DNA from: an uncultured Parvibaculaceae bacterium
GTDB taxonomy: Bacteria; Pseudomonadota; Alphaproteobacteria; Parvibaculales; Parvibaculaceae
NCBI GenBank assembly: GCA_965283695.1
Contig: CBDIPP010000015.1
Coordinates: 155 to 64,154 of the forward strand
Direction: 5' to 3'
Length of the DNA: 64,000 nt
Numbering within the stretch: position 1 is the stretch's first letter; each line of letters opens with the position of its first letter. The position numbers and the translations under genes were made by a program. Below the pieces are notes generated by a model. The model had not been told where the DNA came from and ran no database searches. It was given only the letters and a program-made list of their open reading frames with translations. Of this stretch, positions 29,647 to 37,325 are shown piece after piece.

Positions 29647-31060
29647 ATGGCCGATGCCGCCGCTGTCCTACAGACAATCAAAGACAAAGACGTGAAATAT
29701 GTGGACCTTCGGTTCACCGACCCACGCGGTAAAATGCAACATGTGACCTTCGACATCGCGATGATCGAAGACGAAGACTTCTTCAACGACGGACAGATGT
29801 TTGACGGCTCTTCTATCGCTGGCTGGAAAGCGATCAATGAGTCCGACATGGTACTGATGCCAGACTGCTCCACAGCAACCATCGATCCATTCTACGCTCA
29901 GACAACGCTTGCAATCTTCTGCGATGTTGTCGAGCCGAACACAGGTGAGCTTTATGATCGCGACCCTCGCGGTACAGCAAAGCGCGCCGAAGCGTATCTC
30001 AAGAGCACCGGCATCGGTGACACCGTCTATTTCGGCCCTGAAGCAGAATTCTTCGTCTTTGACGACGTGCGCTTCTCGTCCACGCCTTACAACACGGGCT
30101 TCGTTCTCGACAGTGTCGAACTGCCGGACAATATGGGCACCGAGTATGAAATGGGAAACATGGGCCACCGTCCACGCACAAAGGGCGGTTACTTCCCAGT
30201 GAACCCAATCGACAGCGCACAGGACCTGCGGTCTGAAATGCTCTCCACGATGGCTGAAATGGGCGTCGAAGTTGAAAAGCATCACCACGAAGTGGCCGCT
30301 GCTCAGCACGAGTTGGGCATGAAGTTCCAGACACTAACAACGGTTGCTGACCACCTGCAGATCTATAAGTATGCGATCCACAATGTGGCACACGCTTTTG
30401 GCAAGTCTGCCACGTTCATGCCGAAGCCTGTATTCGGCGACAATGGCACGGGCATGCACTGTCACCAGTCAATCTGGAAAGACGGCAAGCCAACCTTCGC
30501 GGGCAACGGGTATGCAGACCTTTCAGAATCCTGCCTCCACTACATTGGCGGCATTCTGAAGCACGCGAAATCGCTCAATGCATTCACCAATGCCTCAACC
30601 AACTCATACAAGCGTCTGGTTCCAGGCTATGAAGCACCGGTTCTCCTAGCCTACTCAGCGCGCAACCGCTCTGCTTCCTGTCGTATTCCTTACGGCACCT
30701 CGCCTGCTTCTAAGCGCATTGAGATCCGCTTCCCGGATCCAACCGCCAACCCATACCTCGCCTTCTCTGCGATGATGATGGCTGGCCTTGATGGCATCCA
30801 GAACAAGATCCACCCCTGGCGACCCAATGGACAAGGATCTGTACGCTCTGCCACCCGAAGAACTGGCTGACATTCCAACAGTTGCTGGATCCCTTCGTGA
30901 AGCGATCGAAAGCCTTGACGCTGACCGCGACTACCTAACCAAGGGCGACGTGTTCACCAACGATCAGATCGACTCCTACATTGAATTGAAAATGGAAGAA
31001 GTTGAACGCTACGACATGACGCCTCACCCAGTTGAGTTCGACATGTACTACTCCGTCTAA
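29647..31060 (+). pseudogene. glnA: glutamine synthetase type I (glnA), reading frame broken by one extra base near 30813..30817
   Basis: ORF 29647..30870 carries residues 1 to about 390 of GS-I ([37 protein letters not shown]). The conserved C-terminus ([15 protein letters not shown]...[11 protein letters not shown]) continues in the +1 frame to 31060. Confidence 0.9.
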
Positions 31061-31080
31061 ACACGGATTTGCATTTACGG

Positions 31081-31113
31081 AAAAGGCCGGTGTTTTCACC
31101 GGCCTTTTTCTTT
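31081..31113 (+). terminator. rho-independent terminator after glnA
   Basis: GGCCGGTG-TTTT-CACCGGCC followed by TTTTTCTTT. Confidence 0.8.
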
Positions 31114-31185
31114 GACCAAAGCACCTTATTTAATTATTTTGTTAAATAAGGTGCGAAAGCGCCCCATAAACCAAGAGGCGCCAAT

Positions 31186-31791
31186 ATGAAGCTCTACAAT
31201 GCCAACGCCGGGAATCCAAAACGGGTTCGAATATTCATCGCTGAAAAAGGGATCGATATTCCACGGGTCGATCTTGAGGCCGGAACCGACACACGCACGG
31301 TTGAATTCAGCAAGATAAATTCCCTCCAAGAGCTGCCAGTACTGGAACTCGATGACGGAAATATCATCACTGAAAGCGTCGCCATTTGCAGATATCTCGA
31401 AGCGCGCTTTCCGGAGCCTCCGCTCATGGGGCGCGACGCCTTCGAACAAGGTCGCATAGAGATGTGGAGCCAACGGATATTCCATCAGCTGTTTCTGCCG
31501 CACGGTCACTACGTGCGCCACACCATCCCTTTATTCAAAGATGTGGTCGGGCAGATACCAGAGTTCGCCGCGGCAGAACGGGCGGTCATTCCGCAACGAT
31601 GGGAATGGCTGAACGAAGAAATGTCCGATGAACGCCCCTTCATCGCCGGGGACGACTTCAGCATGGCGGATATTCACGGCATGGTGGTTCTGATGCTCGG
31701 CGGTTTCTTTGATCTTCATATACCGCCAGCGTGCATCTTTGCGACTAGGTGGTCAGAGAGAGTGCGCGCCCGCCCGAGCTGGGATGCATAA
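31186..31791 (+). CDS. glutathione S-transferase
   Basis: 201 aa with an N-terminal thioredoxin-like GST domain (LPVLELDDGNIITESVAICRYLE). Confidence 0.85.
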   Translation: MKLYNANAGNPKRVRIFIAEKGIDIPRVDLEAGTDTRTVEFSKINSLQELPVLELDDGNIITESVAICRYLEARFPEPPLMGRDAFEQGRIEMWSQRIFHQLFLPHGHYVRHTIPLFKDVVGQIPEFAAAERAVIPQRWEWLNEEMSDERPFIAGDDFSMADIHGMVVLMLGGFFDLHIPPACIFATRWSERVRARPSWDA

Positions 31792-31926
31792 TTTCCTCTG
31801 TCTACTGATTATTATCAGAAAACTTTGTCCAATTTTTTATTCTGTTTACTGATTTATTGCGATCACAAAAAGTAGGTCAGCACTACAGACTCATAGTGCG
31901 ACGCGACGTCACATCGCACGAATCCC

Positions 31927-31955
31927 TTGACACAAAGCCGATTCCTTGCTACAAA
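31927..31955 (+). promoter_or_regulatory. candidate sigma-70 promoter in an otherwise non-coding gap
   Basis: TTGACA-N17-TACAAA. It is followed by AAGGAGG (31972..31978) and a 10-codon ORF at 31987..32019. Confidence 0.35.
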
Positions 31956-32242
31956 GTTAATGCACATTCAGAAGGAGGTTTCGAAGATGACCCCACCTGC
32001 GAAGCGTAGCGTAGCTTGAAAATACTGGCGCATATGTCACTTTCAAGCAGTGAGAAATTCCAAAATACATTGAAGCGTAGAGTCCGATTGACGTGTGCAG
32101 ACGCGCAGCTCAAACGCAAAGGATTTTAGGCCAGATAGCGCAACACATACCTTTAGCCACAGCTGCATCAAGCAGCGTCGGTCTCTAGACATACGATGAA
32201 AAGCCCGGCTCTTTAGCATGGGCACGTGCGAGAAGCACAAAA

Positions 32243-32285
32243 GCAACCCCGTCCCAGGTCGCCGACCTGAGGAGATCGGGGTTGC
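32243..32285 (-). terminator. terminator of the minus-strand GNAT-containing transcription unit
   Basis: 9-bp outer stem GCAACCCCG/CGGGGTTGC with inner stem CAGGTC/GACCTG. On the minus strand it is followed by TTTTGTGCTT, about 60 nt after the GNAT stop. Confidence 0.55.
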
Positions 32286-32347
32286 GTTGTTTGCCCCCTC
32301 TGCAGCATTCCCTAAGTTCCAATCACCCAAGGCTCGGCATTCTCTTG

Positions 32348-32809
32348 TTACACTGAGAACCGGTGAATGGTATCGCCTTCATGTTGGAAGAGCTCAGCGT
32401 GGCGTCCCTCTATCTCAGAAATCACTTTTGGCCAGAAATTATGAGCAGGCTTGTTTGCCCGCATTATGCTCAGCTCCCACAATCCACTAGATTTCAGCAT
32501 GAGTGCCATTGCTGCAGCTATGCCATACCCCTTCCCTCGTGCCGATGGCTGGATGTAGAACTCGGCCATGGAGAAATCGGTCCCGCGTCCCGACGGTGAA
32601 AATGTGTTCACAAAGGCAAATCCAACAATCTCCTTATGCCCGATTATGAAATAGGGCCATCGGCAATCACTGTCGGTCCAATAGGCATCAAAGTAGGGAT
32701 AGCTGTTTTCTACCTCGCCGAATGCACTGAGTTCGACCAGGTATTCGTTTAAAAGATTGCGGACGCGATCTTTCTCATCTTCCTTCACGAGTTGAAGCGC
32801 TACAGGCAT
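32348..32809 (-). CDS. GNAT family N-acetyltransferase
   Basis: 153 aa with acetyl-CoA binding motif PSARGKGYGIAAA. Confidence 0.75.
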   Translation of the reverse strand: MPVALQLVKEDEKDRVRNLLNEYLVELSAFGEVENSYPYFDAYWTDSDCRWPYFIIGHKEIVGFAFVNTFSPSGRGTDFSMAEFYIQPSARGKGYGIAAAMALMLKSSGLWELSIMRANKPAHNFWPKVISEIEGRHAELFQHEGDTIHRFSV

Positions 32810-32923
32810 TTTTCTTGACCCTCTAATCTCTGATCTGCGCTCACGATATCCTGCCCGCCCAGATGAAGGACAAATTTGGTTTTACCCAATTGGGATTTTT
32901 AGGCCATCACTGTCCCATCACGT

Positions 32924-33520
32924 CTAGACAGGCAGCCGCTCTGCGAAGAGCCGTGCGTAAAGACGCGCTCGGGCGTTCAGGTCGCCCGGCTCAACCCAAT
33001 TTCGGTCCATCCGTTCCCATTCATCTCGCTCCGGATCCAGGCCTAGGTCCTGAAGGTAATCACCGTCAGCAATGAAGAATTGTCGACGGTAGCCGAGCAG
33101 ATAACCGCCATGCTCGCGGTGAATCTCTACAGCTTCTTTATAGTCCGCCAACCAGATGTTCTGGTGTGCTATCATGCGCCCCGGACAAAGGATGGTACCG
33201 AAATCCCCCCCACCCTCGTCGCCTTCCATCGCATGAGCCAATGTCGCCCAGGTTCGAAACCCAAGCTCCATGGCAATGACGTTAAGGCATAGACGGCGTT
33301 TGACCTGCCCGATCAGTTCCTGATCCGTAGACGAGGCCATTCCCGGCAATGCGCGCATGCGCGCGACATTTACAGCCGAGCCTTTTTCGACTTGTTTATG
33401 CAGCCTGCGGGCTTTGGATTTTAGAAGTGCGAGGACATCTGTGACTGTTTCGCCCAGAGGATGGTCCTGCGGGGGATGGGTCTGCGGTTTTTCTGACTCA
33501 ATAGACCCCAATGTAGACAT
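32924..33520 (-). CDS. hypothetical protein
   Basis: ATG 33520 (MSTLGSIESE...) with AAGGAG upstream; the long Arg/Gly-rich ORF-track extension was discarded. The N-terminal helical segment resembles the ...LNVIAMELGFRTWATLAHAM type motif. The C-terminal domain was not recognised. Confidence 0.5.
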   Translation of the reverse strand: MSTLGSIESEKPQTHPPQDHPLGETVTDVLALLKSKARRLHKQVEKGSAVNVARMRALPGMASSTDQELIGQVKRRLCLNVIAMELGFRTWATLAHAMEGDEGGGDFGTILCPGRMIAHQNIWLADYKEAVEIHREHGGYLLGYRRQFFIADGDYLQDLGLDPERDEWERMDRNWVEPGDLNARARLYARLFAERLPV

Positions 33521-33697
33521 GGGCGTCACTCTCCTTATCGCCCCTCTTCCGCTCCATGGGGTCACAAGAAAGCAACGTGCCGAAATCAGACGGTCGCTCA
33601 ACAGATGGGCGGGTGCTTTCGCTTTTGGCGGACCAGGCGCGCCCGCAGCGCCTCGCCCGCGTCTTCTACGTCGCGCGGAGGGACTTAGCAAGTCGTA

Positions 33698-34000
33698 TTA
33701 GGTCCTCACAAATTTGGACGTACGCGGATCGTCCAACACATAGAGTGTGTATTCATCGTAGAATTTCTCGCGCCCGATCTCTTGAATACGCAGATGTTCT
33801 GGATGGGTCCGCCAGGCTTCCAAAGCCTGTGCACTCTCCCACTCATGGACGGACACCCGCTCGCCGTCCTCAGCGAAGTATCCCTTCCACGAGATGAAGC
33901 CCGGCATGGCACGGGCAATCTCCCCCATCTTGTCAGCCAAAGCGTAGTACTCTTCAGCGTTTTCAGGTCTCACCCGTGCCCGGAAAATGGCGACAATCAT
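33698..34000 (-). CDS. antibiotic biosynthesis monooxygenase (ABM) domain protein
   Basis: About 100 aa: MIVAIFRARVRPE...SVHEWESAQALEAWRTHPEH. Its ATG overlaps the upstream ATPase stop (ATGA). Confidence 0.75.
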   Translation of the reverse strand: MIVAIFRARVRPENAEEYYALADKMGEIARAMPGFISWKGYFAEDGERVSVHEWESAQALEAWRTHPEHLRIQEIGREKFYDEYTLYVLDDPRTSKFVRT

Positions 34001-34575
34001 GGCGTCTCGCCTCCTCGACAAATCAAATCCAATAGAAAGTCTGCACGGTCTTCCACAGAAACCTTGGGCAGGACAATGGGATCATATCCAAACTCTGTAA
34101 AACTCATTTCCAGGCGTTCGTATTCTTCAACCGCCCCGTCAAAGCTCGTTTGGCGCTCAGCGTCATTCTGAAAAATCTCAGGCCAGGGCGGTGTCAGAAA
34201 GACCTGGTCGGCATAGCGCCTGGTGTCGATGAGACTCTGGTGTTCAGGGCGAAGGTGCCCGTTGACGTGGGAGACAAAGGAAATGGCATCGATGAATGAC
34301 CGGTCGAAGAAAACAGGTCCATTGGCACTTGCAGCGTCATCAAATGTCGCGACCGACATCCTTATCGCTCTGGCCGCAAACACCTCAGGGTCCACCCATG
34401 GTAAAGCAGACCCACCTACCTCCTGCTCCTCACGCACAATTTGGCGGCCGGGTTCCTCGAACGTTGGGAACCCGCGCCGCCGCAATTCTTGCAATAGTGT
34501 GGACTTGCCGCCGCCAGAACAACCAGAGAGGATGTATCGTTCAGGCCCAGCTTTCTTGCCTACACCTGATGAAAT
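33997..34575 (-). CDS. P-loop ATPase (AAA_28 / NadR-kinase-like), probable non-canonical ATT start or 5' frameshift
   Basis: Walker A GCSGGGKSTLL is encoded in frame upstream of the only canonical start (TTG 34494). An in-frame ATT at 34575 lies 5 nt after GGGAGG. Confidence 0.55.
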   Translation of the reverse strand: MSSGVGKKAGPERYILSGCSGGGKSTLLQELRRRGFPTFEEPGRQIVREEQEVGGSALPWVDPEVFAARAIRMSVATFDDAASANGPVFFDRSFIDAISFVSHVNGHLRPEHQSLIDTRRYADQVFLTPPWPEIFQNDAERQTSFDGAVEEYERLEMSFTEFGYDPIVLPKVSVEDRADFLLDLICRGGETP

Positions 34576-34599
34576 GTGAGCCTCCCATTTTTACTAGAT

Positions 34600-35439
34600 T
34601 CAGCCAGCGTCAGCAGGATTTGGTACGACAGCTGACCGGGACCCTTTGCCTTGAAACACAGGCCAGGCCAATTGTTCGCCCAACGTAACGGGCTCCAGGT
34701 TTTCAACGCCAAACTCTTTTGGCACCTGACGTGTGATCTTAGCTGTGCCGAACAACACGTCCCAGAAAAACAGCAGATTGCCGAAATTGCCTTTGTAGTT
34801 GGTAACGCCGTCGTCCTTATGACGCCCATGGTGGGCCGAATGGGTCGCAGGCGTCGAGATGGTGCGCTCAACAATCCACATAATCGGCGACAACCATTTG
34901 ATTTTGTAGAGTGGACCATCCCACCGCACATCTGAGTGGGCGCCGAAGATGACCAGCATTTTGACAACGAGATAGAAGGCGTAGACATATCCAAGGCCCA
35001 TATAGATCAGCACTCCGGCGAACCAAATGCCCGGCATCATCGCATAGTAGAAAAGGTTGTTCCTGTAGACGACGCGCACACTCAGATACTCAGAGTTGTG
35101 ATGTGACCGGTGGAGATTGTAGAGCCACGGGAACGTGTGGGACGCCCTGTGCCACCAGTATTGCGTCATATCTTCAAAAACGAGCAAGATAGCCACCTGA
35201 GCGATGATCGGAAGACCGATCAGCATATTCTCAGTCCCAGGGGCAAAAGTGCTTGTCAGCCAGGTCGCTGAAAACAGGACCATCGGCTGTGTGAACGCAA
35301 TGAGCGCAAACGTTGAAACAATTTCGACCTTTGCATCGTCTGGCTTTTCGCCCTCTTTTTTGAAGAACCCCGTCCTGATGGCCTCCGCCACTGCGAACGC
35401 GATGTAGAACCCCAATATCAACATTATTTCCGGTTTCAT
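34600..35439 (-). CDS. fatty acid hydroxylase / sterol desaturase family membrane protein
   Basis: Three His boxes (HRASH, HRSHH, HSAHH) and four hydrophobic segments. Confidence 0.85.
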   Translation of the reverse strand: MKPEIMLILGFYIAFAVAEAIRTGFFKKEGEKPDDAKVEIVSTFALIAFTQPMVLFSATWLTSTFAPGTENMLIGLPIIAQVAILLVFEDMTQYWWHRASHTFPWLYNLHRSHHNSEYLSVRVVYRNNLFYYAMMPGIWFAGVLIYMGLGYVYAFYLVVKMLVIFGAHSDVRWDGPLYKIKWLSPIMWIVERTISTPATHSAHHGRHKDDGVTNYKGNFGNLLFFWDVLFGTAKITRQVPKEFGVENLEPVTLGEQLAWPVFQGKGSRSAVVPNPADAG

Positions 35440-35488
35440 GCCGACCTCCTCTGGTTGCAGCCCCTTGATAGGCGACCTGAATTCGCTA

Positions 35489-35510
35489 AAATGTATATTA
35501 TTTTACATTT
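35489..35510. promoter_or_regulatory. candidate Crp/Fnr-family binding palindrome
   Basis: AAATGTA-N8-TACATTT (TGT-N10-ACA core), in the divergent spacer immediately upstream of GGAGG (35511..35515) and TTG 35521. Confidence 0.4.
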
Positions 35511-35520
35511 GGAGGTTTTT

Positions 35521-36213
35521 TTGTCTGGTCGACTCGATTATGGACTTCCCGGGCTTCAGGAGACCCTTCCCGCCACTTTGAGGGAAGCGCTCTTTGATGC
35601 AGCTATTTCTCTCAATTTTTCAGATGGGCAATTGATCCAAGCACGGGGAGATACCGATCCGTCGCTGACCATCGTCAAGTCAGGAGCCGCCAGATTGGGG
35701 CAAATCGGCATTGACGGAAGTTATGCGGGGATGGCTGTAATGGGGCCGGACCAGTTCTTCGGGGAGTTTACGATCTTCGGCGGACTGCCGCGGGAGTTCG
35801 ATGCGGTCGCTGTTGGTCCCACAGTCATCGCGAAGATTAGCAAAACACGGTTTGACCGTCTCCTTGATAAACATCGAGGCATCAGATCCTATTTCCTGGC
35901 CTTCCTTGCCCAACGCCTCCATGCCGCCCTCACCTTCGTGGACGATCTTAGACACCTGCCCCTGCACGCACAGGTCGCGAAGACCATCAACATGATGCAC
36001 CAGGCTGACGGCGCAAATCCGGTTGTCAAAGTTACTCATGAAGAGCTCTCCGAAATTCTGGGCGTAACCAGAGTGTCGATTAACAAAGCCCTTCAACAGC
36101 TCGAGAAAAGCAGGTTGATTGAGCGGGCCTACGGAAGGATCGAGATACCGTCCTCGGCAAAACTGGATCATTGGGTTCAAACTCAGTCCAGGCCGAACGC
36201 TGCAGACAGCTGA
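35521..36213 (+). CDS. Crp/Fnr family transcriptional regulator
   Basis: cNMP-binding fold plus C-terminal HTH (ELSEILGVTRVSINKALQQLE). TTG 35521 with a GGAGG SD is preferred; ATG 35491 is an alternative. Confidence 0.8.
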   Translation: MSGRLDYGLPGLQETLPATLREALFDAAISLNFSDGQLIQARGDTDPSLTIVKSGAARLGQIGIDGSYAGMAVMGPDQFFGEFTIFGGLPREFDAVAVGPTVIAKISKTRFDRLLDKHRGIRSYFLAFLAQRLHAALTFVDDLRHLPLHAQVAKTINMMHQADGANPVVKVTHEELSEILGVTRVSINKALQQLEKSRLIERAYGRIEIPSSAKLDHWVQTQSRPNAADS

Positions 36214-36287
36214 CAGATAGTCATAACTTTCCTTTCACGGACAGCTCCCCCTACACTGTTTGCCAAGTGCCACGTATGGAGGAAACC

Positions 36288-37160
36288 ATGGCTGCTGCGA
36301 CCCGTAAAACCAGTGCAAAAAAGAAAACAGTCAGCCGGAAGAGAACCTCAAAGAAAAAGCCGACGCCATCCATGAAAGAAGCAACGCTGATTACCGGCGC
36401 ATCGGGTGGTATTGGCGAAGCGCTTGCAGGCGAGTTTGCAAAGGGCGGCTCGAACCTGATCCTCGTTGCTAGGTCAAAAGACAAATTGGAGGCCATTGCC
36501 GCGCGCCTGATGGACGAACACGGAATAGCCGCCATCGCGCTGCCTGCAGATCTCTCCATACCCAATGCGGGCCGGAAACTCTATGAAGCAGTAATCTCAA
36601 TGGGTGTTCATGTGGAGACCCTGGTCAATAATGCCGGGGTGCTGGAAATGGGGGCCTTCGCCGATATCTCCACTAAGCGGCATCTAGAGCTGACGCACCT
36701 AAACATCACGACGCTCACCGAGCTTACCAGTCTTTTCGTCCCCGGCATGGTCGAGCGGAAGGACGGCCGGATCCTGAATGTTGCCTCAATCGCTGCTTTC
36801 CAACCCATCCCGTCCCTTGCGACCTATGCGGCGACGAAAGCATATGTCTTGTCGCTCACTGAGTCCTTGTCAGAGGAACTCAAACCCCACGGAATTACAG
36901 CGACAGCCCTCTGCCCCGGCGTGACCGCCACCGACATGGTCGCGAGTGCAAAGGAGAGCAATGAGACGGCGGCCAAAATCCCCGATTTTATGGTATCTGA
37001 CGTCGCCGGCGTTGCGGCCGAAGGCTACGCTGCGTGTGTGAAGGGTGAAGTTATCCGCGTTCCCGGTATGGTCAATTTGGCCGCCGCCGTTGCAGGACGC
37101 GCCTCGCCCCGCTGGCTGGTTCGAGCCGTCTCCGGCGCGCTCGGTCGCCTCGCCCTTTAA
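36288..37160 (+). CDS. SDR family oxidoreductase with a basic N-terminal extension
   Basis: TGASGGIGEA and the catalytic YAATKAY. ATG 36288 follows GGAGG. About 30 Lys/Arg/Ser/Thr-rich residues precede the Rossmann fold. Confidence 0.85.
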   Translation: MAAATRKTSAKKKTVSRKRTSKKKPTPSMKEATLITGASGGIGEALAGEFAKGGSNLILVARSKDKLEAIAARLMDEHGIAAIALPADLSIPNAGRKLYEAVISMGVHVETLVNNAGVLEMGAFADISTKRHLELTHLNITTLTELTSLFVPGMVERKDGRILNVASIAAFQPIPSLATYAATKAYVLSLTESLSEELKPHGITATALCPGVTATDMVASAKESNETAAKIPDFMVSDVAGVAAEGYAACVKGEVIRVPGMVNLAAAVAGRASPRWLVRAVSGALGRLAL

Positions 37161-37325
37161 CGCAGAGACATGAATCAACCCTTTGATTTCGCTACGGTTT
37201 GGGTCACACTATTTTCAAGCGGTCGGGGGACCGGGATCTCGTTGACGAGACCCATTTGACATTGAGGAACACCGGAAAAACCGGTTCGATCGCCCGCGTT
37301 TCCATGCGGGCTTTGGGAGGAAAAT

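Noticed and set aside
32924-33691. Arg/Gly/Pro-rich 57-residue N-terminal extension of the 255-aa ORF; likewise the extensions of ORFs 42632..43441, 36171..37160 and 1699..2643
   Set aside because: The extensions lack an SD, have aberrant composition, and run into neighbouring genes or operators. Internal ATGs with good SDs give proteins of the expected family length.
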